Assembly (NCBI GenBank): GCA_964644695.1
Contig: CAZXWN010000001.1
Span: 118,869 to 182,868, forward strand
DNA from: an uncultured bacterium
GTDB taxonomy: Bacteria; UBP4; UBA4092
Length of the DNA: 64,000 nt
Direction: 5' to 3'
Made by a program: the position numbers and the translations under genes. Under the pieces are notes generated by a model that saw nothing but the letters and a program-made list of their open reading frames with translations, was not told the origin of the DNA and made no database searches. Of the stretch, positions 1 to 8,895 are shown one piece after another. Position 1 is the stretch's first letter, and each line of letters begins with the position of its first letter.

Positions 1-1
1 G

Positions 2-163
2 AATAAGCATGGAACAGATAAATTATTAGTGGGAAGTGATTATCCTGTTATAACGCCAGCCAAGGGTATAGAGTTAGTTCAACAGAAGATGGATTGGCTT
101 ACATCGAATGATATTGACAATATTTTAGGTAATAATTGCGCTCAATTATTAGGTATTGCTTAA
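2..163 (+). CDS. C-terminal fragment of an amidohydrolase-2 (TIM-barrel metal-dependent hydrolase) family protein; the 5' end is outside the window
   Basis: Frame 2 from window start to TAA 161-163 translates as ..HGTDKLLVGSDYPVITPAKGIELV..ILGNNCAQLLGIA*. Motifs like GSDYP and a C-terminal ILG..A..LLGI tail are typical of the Amidohydro_2 family. Confidence 0.35.
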   Translation, partial: NKHGTDKLLVGSDYPVITPAKGIELVQQKMDWLTSNDIDNILGNNCAQLLGIA

Positions 164-259
164 TCCAATATGGAAGATGTGTTTGCTTGTTTGTGTTATG
201 ATTTTTAACTTCAATTGACTTATTTTTTAATTACTTTACTGGAGCAGGAATCCTTAATT

Positions 260-1171
260 ATGACAAAACCCTCTTTATTAGTATTAGCGGCCGGTGTAGG
301 TAGTCGTTATGGTGGACTGAAACAGTTAGATACTTTTGGCCCCCATGGTGAGACTATTATCGATTATTCAATTTATGATGCAATTAGATCTGGATTTGGG
401 AAAATAGTTTTTGTTATTCGTAAAGACATTGAGGAAGCATTTAAAGAAAAATTGAGCAAAAAATATGAATCGCAGATAGATGTTCGATATGTTTTCCAGG
501 AATTAGATGCTATACCTGAGGGATTTTCTGTTCCCAGTGGCAGGAAAAAACCATGGGGTACAGGACATGCAATTTTAGTGGCTAAAAATGAAATTCAGGA
601 ACCTTTTGGTGTGATTAATGGTGATGATTTTTATGGATCACACTCCTTTCAAGTAATGTGTGATTACCTCTCAAACGCTCACGATACAACGGAATATTTA
701 GATTATTCAATGGTGGGATATGTGTTACGAAATACACTATCCGATTATGGTAGTGTGTCTCGCGGTGTATGTACTGCGGATGAATGTAATAATTTAAAGT
801 CTGTTGTAGAGTATACAAACATTGAAAGAAATGGTTCAGCTGCTCGTTATACTGCTGAAGATGGCACTGTTAGTAACTTGTCTGGTGACGAAACGGTATC
901 CATGAATATGTGGGGGTTCACTCCATCCTTGTTTGGCTTTTTAGATGAACTATTTGTTTCCTTTCTTCAAAAGCATGGAAATGAAATGAAAAGTGAATTC
1001 TTTATTCCCACCGTTATAAATGATTTGATACACCGTCACTTGGCGCGTGTAAGAATAAATAAGACACATGCTTGTTGGTTTGGTGTTACTTATCCAGAAG
1101 ATAAGAAAACTGTAATCAACAGTATCCAATCTCTAATTAATCAGGGAATATATCCCGAGAAGCTTTGGTAA
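260..1171 (+). CDS. Sugar-1-phosphate nucleotidyltransferase (NTP_transferase family, MurU-like or UDP-HexNAc pyrophosphorylase-like)
   Basis: Track ORF is 215..1171. The N-terminus MTKPSLLVLAAGVGSRYGGLKQLD is the G-rich loop of sugar nucleotidyltransferases and sits right after an AGGAA RBS at 246-250, so ATG 260 is the likely start. The stop is immediately followed by the ATG of the kinase gene. Confidence 0.55.
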   Translation: MTKPSLLVLAAGVGSRYGGLKQLDTFGPHGETIIDYSIYDAIRSGFGKIVFVIRKDIEEAFKEKLSKKYESQIDVRYVFQELDAIPEGFSVPSGRKKPWGTGHAILVAKNEIQEPFGVINGDDFYGSHSFQVMCDYLSNAHDTTEYLDYSMVGYVLRNTLSDYGSVSRGVCTADECNNLKSVVEYTNIERNGSAARYTAEDGTVSNLSGDETVSMNMWGFTPSLFGFLDELFVSFLQKHGNEMKSEFFIPTVINDLIHRHLARVRINKTHACWFGVTYPEDKKTVINSIQSLINQGIYPEKLW

Positions 1172-2248
1172 ATGACAAACGAATATTTATTTTCTCTTGC
1201 CAGATGTTTTGTCTTAGCAGGAGACCCTATCTCAATCATTCCTTTTGGCAATGGTCATATCAATGATACATATGCTGTCACAATTGATAATCATTCTGTC
1301 CGATATGTTCTTCAAAGAATTAATCACTTAATATTCAAAGAACCTGTTGGATTAACTGAGAATATTGTAAAGGTTACCAGTCATATTCGGAGAAAACTGG
1401 AATTACAAGGAACCTCTGACATTGATCGCAAAGTAATGACACCAATCCCAACTTATGAAGGTCAATATTTAGTAATCGATGAAGAGAGAAATTATTGGCG
1501 AGTTATGTTGTTGATTGAGAATTCCTGTACGTATGAGACTTTTAATCGACCTGAACAAGCATATCATGCTGCAAAAGGTTTTGGATGTTTTCAAAAAATG
1601 CTTCAGGACTTTCCTGGAAGTGATTTAATAGAAACAATCCCGGGATTCCATGATACTCCGAGTAGATTATGCAATTTTGTATCTGTTTTAAATCAGGATA
1701 ATTTTGATAGAGTTAAAACCTGCTCAGATGAAGTTAAGTACTTGCTAGAGCAACAGGCTTGGGCTGATTTATTACTTGGTCTTAATGTTCCGATAAGAGT
1801 TACTCACAACGATACGAAATTTAATAATGTATTGTTAGACAAGGATAGTGGAGAAGCTCTTTGTGTGATTGATTTAGATACTGTGATGCCTGGATTGGCA
1901 CTTTATGACTTTGGTGATATGGTACGAACAGGTACAAGTCCTTGTGATGAAGATGAAACCGATTTAAGTAAAGTCTTTTGTAGAAGTGATATGTTTGCTG
2001 GTTTGGTTGAAGGCTTCTTATCAGAAACTAGCGGTTTTCTGACTTTAGATGAAAAGACTAACTTGGTAAATGCAGGAATAGTAATTACCTATGAACAGGC
2101 AATTCGTTTTCTGGGTGATTATCTTAATGGTGATACCTACTATAAAATCCAGTATCCAGAACATAACCTTACTCGCGCAAAAACGCAGATAAGATTGATA
2201 AAGTCTATTCTTGAGCAAAAAGAAATACTTGATAAATACATCAAATAG
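1172..2248 (+). CDS. N-acetylhexosamine 1-kinase (NahK/AmgK family anomeric sugar kinase, APH phosphotransferase fold)
   Basis: 358 aa. FGNGHINDTYAVT N-terminal nucleotide-binding region, catalytic VTHNDTKFNNVLLD (HxDxxxxN), and C-terminal YPEHNLTRAKTQIRLIKSI closely match my recollection of Bifidobacterium NahK and Pseudomonas AmgK. Operonic with the upstream nucleotidyltransferase. Confidence 0.55.
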   Translation: MTNEYLFSLARCFVLAGDPISIIPFGNGHINDTYAVTIDNHSVRYVLQRINHLIFKEPVGLTENIVKVTSHIRRKLELQGTSDIDRKVMTPIPTYEGQYLVIDEERNYWRVMLLIENSCTYETFNRPEQAYHAAKGFGCFQKMLQDFPGSDLIETIPGFHDTPSRLCNFVSVLNQDNFDRVKTCSDEVKYLLEQQAWADLLLGLNVPIRVTHNDTKFNNVLLDKDSGEALCVIDLDTVMPGLALYDFGDMVRTGTSPCDEDETDLSKVFCRSDMFAGLVEGFLSETSGFLTLDEKTNLVNAGIVITYEQAIRFLGDYLNGDTYYKIQYPEHNLTRAKTQIRLIKSILEQKEILDKYIK

Positions 2249-2250
2249 TA

Positions 2251-2295
2251 AAAATCAAAGAGCCTAATTGTAAATAACAATTAGGCTCTTTTTAA
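2251..2295. terminator. Bidirectional intrinsic terminator between the convergent kinase and oxidoreductase genes
   Basis: Perfect 12-bp stem agagcctaattg / caattaggctct with 7-nt loop taaataa, flanked by an A-run and TTTTT. Confidence 0.6.
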
Positions 2296-2311
2296 ATTTG
2301 AGATTGTTAGT

Positions 2312-3487
2312 TTATATTTCTAAATCTTGGTTAAAATAATCGACGATTTCCTTAGCAACTGGTGGAATGTCTGTTGGCATAAAGCCATTTCTGATGGAAT
2401 GTGTGGCTTGGCAACCTGCTGCGACACTCATTCTGGCAGCAATGGGGGAAGTTTTAACTTTGCCGCCTTCTCTAATATATCGTATGAATTCGCTTACGAT
2501 ATTGGGATCGCCACCGCCATGACCTTCTAAGTCACAAGATAAACGATATTCAACATCACCATGATCCTGATAATGATGTCGTTTATCCCAGAGCTTAATC
2601 ACGGAATCCCCTGAATAGTCACCAAAGTTTTCTAAACGTCCTTCAGTACCAATAAAAGTATAATTTCTCCATCCATCAGGGGTGTAATGGCATTGTTGAT
2701 ATGAAGCAAAAACACCATTATCTAATTGCATGAGCATCATACTAATATCTTCCACATCAATTACTGGATTTAATCCTTTTAGTGACAGCGGAGGCCAATT
2801 ATTATGTGACCATGTGGCATCTCCCCGTTCTTCTGGAGAATGTCTATCAGTTATTTGATCATATACAGTTAATCCACCCATAGCAGTTACTTTCTGGGTG
2901 TACCCACCACAAAGCCAATGTAAGACATCTATATCATGTGCACCCTTTTGTAGAAGGAGCCCTGTTGATTTTGTCCTGTCAGCATGCCAATCTTTAAAGT
3001 AAGCATCTCCCCCATAGGCAACAAAATGCCTGCACCAGGCAGCTTTGATTTGCCCAATAGCACCATCATCAATTAGTTTCTTCATTTTTTGAATGATGGG
3101 CATATGTCTCATATTATGTCCTAAGTAGAGCTTTTTTTTACATTCAAAAGCTGTTTTGAGAATCCGATCACAGCCATCAATAGTAATTGCCATAGGTTTT
3201 TCTAAATAAACATGTTTCCCAGCTTTTAGAGCATCTACAGCAATTGTTTCATGGAGGTAATCAGGGGCCGTAATAAAGACCGCATCAATATCTTGTTTAG
3301 CGATTAATTTATGGTAATCGTCGGTGGTAAAAACATCAGAACCGTATAGTTCTTTGTATTTTTGCAGGGCAGAAGGAACAATATCCGCCGCCGCTGTGAT
3401 TTTAACACCCTGTTCAGGTTTATGTGCATGACCAGACAAATAACCTCTGCCACCAGCACCAATAACACCAATATTTAAGTGAGTCAT
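2312..3487 (-). CDS. Gfo/Idh/MocA family NAD(P)-dependent oxidoreductase
   Basis: N-terminal Rossmann GVIGAGGRG. 391 aa, typical family size and pattern (EKP motif LEKPMAIT). Confidence 0.65.
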   Translation of the reverse strand: MTHLNIGVIGAGGRGYLSGHAHKPEQGVKITAAADIVPSALQKYKELYGSDVFTTDDYHKLIAKQDIDAVFITAPDYLHETIAVDALKAGKHVYLEKPMAITIDGCDRILKTAFECKKKLYLGHNMRHMPIIQKMKKLIDDGAIGQIKAAWCRHFVAYGGDAYFKDWHADRTKSTGLLLQKGAHDIDVLHWLCGGYTQKVTAMGGLTVYDQITDRHSPEERGDATWSHNNWPPLSLKGLNPVIDVEDISMMLMQLDNGVFASYQQCHYTPDGWRNYTFIGTEGRLENFGDYSGDSVIKLWDKRHHYQDHGDVEYRLSCDLEGHGGGDPNIVSEFIRYIREGGKVKTSPIAARMSVAAGCQATHSIRNGFMPTDIPPVAKEIVDYFNQDLEI

Positions 3488-3731
3488 TATGTAATATCCT
3501 TTCTAACATGTTGCCATAATTATTATTTTTATTTAAGAAATAATCCTAACATAGGCAAAGAATAGACTGTTGTATGTATTACTCAATATTGCTGTCAATA
3601 TTTATAGGGTTATAAAGTAATATGGAAAACGGTAGAATCAGAATTATTATGCGCATCTATAAGGTTACATATAAAATACAGTAAAAATATACTTACTCAA
3701 TGATTTAGAAATTGGAGGTTAGAATCCAAAC

Positions 3732-4034
3732 ATGAGAAGAGAACCAATACAAATTAAATGTCCATGCTGTGACAGTATATTGGTAATTGATCCCTTTGAG
3801 AAGAAAGTTTTGGAGATACGCAAACCCATCGTAGAGGAGTCTACTGGAGACCGTTTGCAAGATGCTTTCCTGAAAGTACAGAAGAGAAAATCTGAAGCAG
3901 AAGAACAATTCAAAAAGGCAAAAGAAAAGGATAAGGAACGAAAATCAAAAATGGATGAGATATTTCGTGAATCATTAGAAAAAGCCAAGGATGAAGATGA
4001 TGGTACTCCTCCGTCAAATCCTTTTGACTGGTAA
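3732..4034 (+). CDS. Small zinc-ribbon protein with a Lys/Glu-rich tail (hypothetical)
   Basis: GGAGG RBS at 3715-3719. CPCC..(zinc ribbon-like) N-terminus followed by a KE-rich low-complexity C-terminus. 100 aa. Confidence 0.4.
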   Translation: MRREPIQIKCPCCDSILVIDPFEKKVLEIRKPIVEESTGDRLQDAFLKVQKRKSEAEEQFKKAKEKDKERKSKMDEIFRESLEKAKDEDDGTPPSNPFDW

Positions 4035-4172
4035 GCAAAATAACTGTTTGATTTCCGTGAAAAAACACTTATACATGCCGATTGCTATCAGATAATAATG
4101 GTTCCTTTGAATATCTAAATAATGGCTGTGTTAGAATTTGCGGGTAATTAACTTTATGCTTAGGAAGGGCTT

Positions 4173-5348
4173 ATGATGATATTAAAAAAATGTTTCTTAA
4201 TCTCTGTGTTATTAATTTCCATAAGTTTTACAAATCATGTATGGGGAAGGACTTTACCTATGGACACACCCGAATCTGTGGGAATGTCGAGTGATCGCCT
4301 TAAACGCGTAGACAGAGTTATTGATGAAAGTATTAAAAACAAAGAGATTCCTGGTGCTGTATTGCTTGTATCTCATAAAGGTAAAATTGTTTATAAAAAA
4401 GCATATGGATACAGGATGGTAACTCCTCGTCAAGAAAAGATGACGGTTGATACCATCTTTGATATGGCCTCGATTACAAAGCCAATGGCTACTGCCAGTG
4501 GAATTATGTTGTTGGTTGAAGACGGGAAAATAAGATTACAAGACCCTGTTGCCAAATATTTACCAGGATTTGAAGTCAAAGGTAAGGCTGATGTTCCTGT
4601 AGCTTATTTATTAACGCATTGTTCTGGTTTGCCAGCCTGGGATCGTTATGCAACTAAGAATCTGGACCGGGATGGCATCATTGCTGATATATGTTCTAAA
4701 GATACAGCCTACGAGCCTGGAACAAAATTTGTTTATTCTGATTTGGGTTTTGTGTTACTGGGTGAGATCATCACTCGAGTATCGGGTGTTCCTGAAAATG
4801 AGTTTGTTGCAAAAAATCTATATAGCCGACTGGGGATGGAACATACTGGATACTTGCCTCCTGATTCATGGAAAGCTCAATGTGCAGCCACGGAGCCTCG
4901 TGGTGGCAAGATGATGCAGGGTGAAGTACATGATCCCATCGCTTATGCTCTTAAGGGTGTAGCAGGGCATGCTGGATTGTTCTCAACCGTGGATGATATG
5001 GCTGTATATTTCCAAATGCTTTTAAATGGCGGGGTGATTGATGGTGTCAGGATATTTAGTCCTCTCACAATTAGAGAAATGACAAAAAATCAATCACCGG
5101 TAGCTGCGCGTGATTATGGATTTGGGTGGGTGATTGGGACCTCATATGCTGGTCAGCGGGGTGATATATTCCCTCGTGGTGGATTTGGTCATACAGGCTG
5201 GACAGGTACTTCTGTTTGGGTGGATCCTACCTCACAGACCTTTATTGTGTTGCTGACAAATCGAGTTCATCCTGATGGAAAAGGTGACGCGGGAAGAGTT
5301 CGTGCATTAGTAAGTAATATCGTTGCATCTTCAATTATGGATGAATAA
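4173..5348 (+). CDS. Secreted serine hydrolase of the beta-lactamase / PBP4* (class C-like) family
   Basis: Signal peptide, then the SxxK motif (ASITKPM). ~390 aa, typical of AmpC-like esterases. YxN-like and HxG-like (GHAG / GHTGWTG) elements are present. Confidence 0.6.
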   Translation: MMILKKCFLISVLLISISFTNHVWGRTLPMDTPESVGMSSDRLKRVDRVIDESIKNKEIPGAVLLVSHKGKIVYKKAYGYRMVTPRQEKMTVDTIFDMASITKPMATASGIMLLVEDGKIRLQDPVAKYLPGFEVKGKADVPVAYLLTHCSGLPAWDRYATKNLDRDGIIADICSKDTAYEPGTKFVYSDLGFVLLGEIITRVSGVPENEFVAKNLYSRLGMEHTGYLPPDSWKAQCAATEPRGGKMMQGEVHDPIAYALKGVAGHAGLFSTVDDMAVYFQMLLNGGVIDGVRIFSPLTIREMTKNQSPVAARDYGFGWVIGTSYAGQRGDIFPRGGFGHTGWTGTSVWVDPTSQTFIVLLTNRVHPDGKGDAGRVRALVSNIVASSIMDE

Positions 5349-5421
5349 GTCATCTATAAGTCTTTTTTATGATTATAATGAGAATATGAATTGTGTGTGA
5401 TAACTCTAAGGAGGCTTTAAG

Positions 5422-6003
5422 ATGGAACACAAGTTACCAGAACTACCTTACTCAAAAGATGCATTAGTACCTTACATCTCTGCGGAAACAATTGAGTATC
5501 ATTATGGGAAACATCATGCTACCTATGTTGCCAACCTTAATAAATTAATACCCGGAACTGAATTTGAAAATATGTCATTAGATGAGATTGTTATGAAATC
5601 CAGTGGGGGTATTTTTAACAACGCTGCACAGGTTTGGAACCATTCATTTTATTGGAATTGCCTGACTCCCAATAAAGGAGCCAATCCGATTGGACCCCTT
5701 TCTGAAGCTATCAATAAAGCTTTTGGTTCATTTGATATCTTTAGGGAAAAGTTTTCATTAGCAGCGATAGGTACTTTTGGATCGGGCTGGGCCTGGTTGG
5801 TTAAGAATGTTGATGGTAGTTTGGAGATTGTCAGTACTTCGAATGCAGCCACTCCTTTGCGGGATGGAAAAGTGCCATTATTAACCTGTGATGTTTGGGA
5901 ACATGCTTATTACATTGATTATCGAAATGCACGGCCCAAATATGTTGAGAATTTCTGGAATTTGGTGAATTGGGACTTTGTCGCTGCAAACTTTGCAAAA
6001 TAA
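5422..6003 (+). CDS. sodB: Superoxide dismutase, Fe/Mn family (Fe-type signature)
   Basis: [30 protein letters not shown] (Ala-Gln as in Fe-SODs rather than Gly-Gly-His as in Mn-SODs), and [11 protein letters not shown] metal-ligand motif. 193 aa. Confidence 0.8.
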   Translation: MEHKLPELPYSKDALVPYISAETIEYHYGKHHATYVANLNKLIPGTEFENMSLDEIVMKSSGGIFNNAAQVWNHSFYWNCLTPNKGANPIGPLSEAINKAFGSFDIFREKFSLAAIGTFGSGWAWLVKNVDGSLEIVSTSNAATPLRDGKVPLLTCDVWEHAYYIDYRNARPKYVENFWNLVNWDFVAANFAK

Positions 6004-6011
6004 AACTGGAT

Positions 6012-6056
6012 TAAAAATAAAAGCTCCTGTTCTTGTCATGAACAGGAGCTTTTTAT
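6012..6056. terminator. Bidirectional intrinsic terminator between sod (+) and galT (-)
   Basis: 12-bp stem aagctcctgttc / gaacaggagctt, loop ttgtcat, A-run upstream and TTTTT downstream. Confidence 0.65.
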
Positions 6057-6067
6057 CTTTGAATTAA

Positions 6068-7129
6068 TTATCCAGCAATAATAGCTGATCTGTCTGGGGC
6101 ATGTTCCTCGGGTGGTTTTGTGTCTTCTCTTTCGATGACGACATCCCGGAGGCATTGAGCTGCATGTTCTGGTGGCGTGGGATTAATATAAAACCCCGTT
6201 CCCCATTCAAATCCGGCGACTTTTGTAAGTTTTGGCATAATTTCCATATGCCAGTGATAAGTGGGCGATTCTGATGTATCACAGGGTGAACAATGAATGA
6301 TGTAGTTATAAGGTGGGTCTTCCAATGTAGTATGAAGTCGTTTCAGAGTTGACTTCAATATTTGAGCAAAATCAACCACATCAGACTTTTTTAGATTTTC
6401 GATGGAAGACGAATGTCTTTTCGGCATAATCCAAGTTTCAAATGGAAAACGAGAGGCAAATGGACAGAAGGACAGAAACTCACTGTTCTCCTCAACCAGG
6501 CGCACTTTAGATAGGCGTTCCTGGGTGATGATGTCACAGAACACACAACGATCCCTGTAGTCATAATACCGCTTAGAACCTTCCATTTCTTCAATAGCAC
6601 GTTTGGGAATAATTGGAGTGGCGATAATTTGACTATGGGTATGTTCCATGGATGCGCCTGCGGCACTGCCATGGTTTTTAAATATCACAATATATTTGAA
6701 TCGACTGTCTTTTTTTAAATCGATATACCGGTCTCGGTAAGCCCAGATTACTTCTTGAATATGTTTATCATCCAAATCTGCCAGATGTGCATTATGATCT
6801 GGAGACTCAATAACTACCTCATGAGCACCAATCCCGTTCATTCGATCATAGATGCCTTCCCCTTGTTTATTTAACTCTCCTTCGATTTGCAAGGCGGGAA
6901 ATTTGTTGGGAACAACCCGGGTCCACCACCCAGGGGAGTTAGGGTAGGTGCCAGCTTCCCGATATGAAAGTACTTCTGGAGGAGTCTTATCTTCATTGCC
7001 ATAACAGAAAGGGCAGAAGCCGCTTTTCTTGAAAGCGGTTTCCTTTCCGAAATCACTGGGTTTTTTACCGCGTTCGGTTGCAATAATTACCCAACGACCT
7101 ACTATCGGATCTTTTCTTAATTCAGGCAC
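6068..7129 (-). CDS. galT: Galactose-1-phosphate uridylyltransferase (UDP-glucose--hexose-1-phosphate uridylyltransferase)
   Basis: CxxC zinc site (CPFCYGNE) and HIT-like HxHxQ (EHTHSQI) active site. 353 aa. Confidence 0.8.
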   Translation of the reverse strand: MPELRKDPIVGRWVIIATERGKKPSDFGKETAFKKSGFCPFCYGNEDKTPPEVLSYREAGTYPNSPGWWTRVVPNKFPALQIEGELNKQGEGIYDRMNGIGAHEVVIESPDHNAHLADLDDKHIQEVIWAYRDRYIDLKKDSRFKYIVIFKNHGSAAGASMEHTHSQIIATPIIPKRAIEEMEGSKRYYDYRDRCVFCDIITQERLSKVRLVEENSEFLSFCPFASRFPFETWIMPKRHSSSIENLKKSDVVDFAQILKSTLKRLHTTLEDPPYNYIIHCSPCDTSESPTYHWHMEIMPKLTKVAGFEWGTGFYINPTPPEHAAQCLRDVVIEREDTKPPEEHAPDRSAIIAG

Positions 7130-7256
7130 TCATTATCCTCCGATAAAACACATCATCACAAGAGTTTTTATAGATAATAAAACCCCGTTACTTTCTATAA
7201 TATCGCAAAAATATACTTATCGTCACTTCACATATACAAGAGGGCAAAGTGATTGA

Positions 7257-7601
7257 TTATCTTCTTCGTCTTGATTTTGAAGTGGTCTTTTTGGAACTCG
7301 TGGTTCGTTTGGGAGTAGATACTTTCGTTGCTTTAGGTTTTGTTTCTAATGTTTTAATATTTGCCTTGGCCTGATTAAGTTGTTGAGTTAGCTCAGCATT
7401 TTCTTTTTTAAGTGTATCTACTTGAGTTTGGAGGTTGGTAACATCATCTTTTTGATCGGCAATGGTTCCAATCTCATCCTTAACTTTACTCAGTTCTGTT
7501 CTTAGTCGAATATTCTGTGCGGCAAAGGCAATGGTTAACAGTAAAGACATTACGACGACTATTAATAAAAGCCAGGAAGCTATTCCAAATTGTGTTCTCA
7601 T
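7257..7601 (-). CDS. Membrane-anchored coiled-coil protein with a basic Lys/Thr/Ser/Arg-rich C-terminal tail (hypothetical; possibly FtsB/DivIC-like)
   Basis: N-terminal TM helix (WLLLIVVVMSLLLTIAFAA), a heptad-like region rich in L/K/E/Q, and a tail KKTTSKSRRRR. 114 aa. Confidence 0.4.
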   Translation of the reverse strand: MRTQFGIASWLLLIVVVMSLLLTIAFAAQNIRLRTELSKVKDEIGTIADQKDDVTNLQTQVDTLKKENAELTQQLNQAKANIKTLETKPKATKVSTPKRTTSSKKTTSKSRRRR

Positions 7602-7889
7602 GTTTCTTTCCTCTAAATAATTACAACATCTTTTTACTGTATATATTCCTGTTTTCCTGGGGTGGTGTCAAATCAATCATTGCAAGCAAGGGATTTGATG
7701 TTTTGACACAAACAAGGATAACTCTGTGTGTTCCATGACACAACTTAAATCAATTAGACTGATTAATTTCTTTGTTATATAAATGTAAATCATTGATAAA
7801 TATGATGATAGCATGTTATTTTAAATATTGGTACGATAATTGCTTCTATAATAAATGTCCTTATGAGGACAAGGAGATAATAAGAAACA

Positions 7890-8027
7890 ATGATACAGAT
7901 TACTGAAGCCATCATCGTATTAGGACTGACCAGCATGTTGGCATTGACCGTGGCAAGATATTCACTGAATGCTGTACTTTATACAATGCATTACTTCCTG
8001 GTCAAAAATAGTCTCAAAAAGCGTTAA
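7890..8027 (+). CDS. Small hydrophobic protein (45 aa) not present in the ORF track
   Basis: ATG 7890, aaggag RBS at 7871-7876 (13-nt spacer). Sequence MIQITEAIIVLGLTSMLALTVARYSLNAVLYTMHYFLVKNSLKKR has one predicted TM helix. Followed 30 nt later by a strong intrinsic terminator. Confidence 0.3.
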   Translation: MIQITEAIIVLGLTSMLALTVARYSLNAVLYTMHYFLVKNSLKKR

Positions 8028-8059
8028 CAAACAAGAAATCCTGATTAACCCTAAACGGG

Positions 8060-8094
8060 CCGCATCTTTCATGTTAAAGATGCGGATTTTTTTT
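8060..8094 (+). terminator. Rho-independent terminator
   Basis: 10-bp perfect stem ccgcatcttt / aaagatgcgg, 6-nt loop, then T8. Confidence 0.65.
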
Positions 8095-8173
8095 GTCTTA
8101 AAATAAATAGTATTTTAGAATATTAGTTGACAAGATTATAGTTACATCGATATACTTCACCTATTACTTAAAG

Positions 8174-8551
8174 ATGGATTTGGGAATGCAGGACGACAAA
8201 ATTAAAATACCCAATAAGTTGTATTTCGACATAAGTGAGGTCAGTGAACTCACGGGTGTGAAACCTTATGTTCTTCGATATTGGGAGAGTGAGTTTACTC
8301 AGTTAAAGCCTACCAAAACATCCAAGGGACAGCGGAAGTATAAAAAGAAAGATATTGAAAAAATACTGGAGATCAAAGAGCTTCTCCGAGACGAGAATTA
8401 CACAATTGCTGGCGCACGCAAGAAACTGACCCAGAAACAGACAGAACAAGTGCGAAAACCGGATTTATATTCTATTATTGAGGATGCGAAAAAAGAATTG
8501 TATTCACTCCGGGATATGTTAAGCCGACCTGTCCAACCACGCAGAAAATAA
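8174..8551 (+). CDS. MerR-family HTH transcriptional regulator (small, stand-alone)
   Basis: YFDISEVSELTGVKPYVLRYWESEF matches the MerR-type HTH signature (I.E.a..tGv....lRyyE). 125 aa with a basic/coiled C-terminus. Confidence 0.55.
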   Translation: MDLGMQDDKIKIPNKLYFDISEVSELTGVKPYVLRYWESEFTQLKPTKTSKGQRKYKKKDIEKILEIKELLRDENYTIAGARKKLTQKQTEQVRKPDLYSIIEDAKKELYSLRDMLSRPVQPRRK

Positions 8552-8626
8552 AAGTATCTATTATTTTCTTCTATTTATACTCTAACCTCTTCTGTTAGCA
8601 ATAAATTACCTGTTCAAAAAGGATTT

Positions 8627-8676
8627 GATTGAATATCGAACGAGATGGATCTTGTTCGATGCTTCTTCGAATCACG
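8627..8676. repeat. Family-1 palindromic intergenic repeat, copy 1 (degenerate)
   Basis: GATTGAATATCGAACGAGATGGATCTTGTTCGATGCTTCTTCGAATCA. About 40 of 44 positions are identical to the copy at 40021-40074, whose core is the perfect 26-bp palindrome ATCGAACAAGATCGATCTTGTTCGAT. Confidence 0.6.
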
Positions 8677-8791
8677 TTCGTTCATACTCAGCATACTATT
8701 CTTCGTTAAGACTAAGATGAGAAATAACTGAAAACGATTTATATATAGTTTGGGTAGGATAAAGCGAAGATTTGTGGCATTTGGGAGTAAA

Positions 8792-8870
8792 TGGTCGGGG
8801 CGAGCCGATTCGAACGGCCGACCTCTCGCACCCCAAGCGAGTGCGCTAAACCAGGCTGCGCTACGCCCCG
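8792..8870 (-). tRNA. tRNA-Pro (anticodon GGG)
   Basis: The reverse complement folds as a cloverleaf: acceptor CGGGGCG/CGCCCCG, D-arm GCGC..GCGC, anticodon stem CTCGC/GCGAG with loop TTGGGGT (anticodon GGG), T-arm GGCCG-TTCGAAT-CGGCT, and an encoded CCA. Confidence 0.85.
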
Positions 8871-8895
8871 AGTAATCATTTAGTTGAGATATATA

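Noticed and set aside
7029-7256. 75-aa plus-strand ORF overlapping the galT 5' end and the following intergenic region
   Set aside because: No RBS, overlaps a well-supported minus-strand gene, and has low-complexity composition. It is a likely shadow ORF.
7517-7738. 73-aa plus-strand ORF covering the inverted-repeat motif region
   Set aside because: It starts inside the minus-strand coiled-coil gene and has no RBS. The region is better explained as a regulatory inverted repeat.
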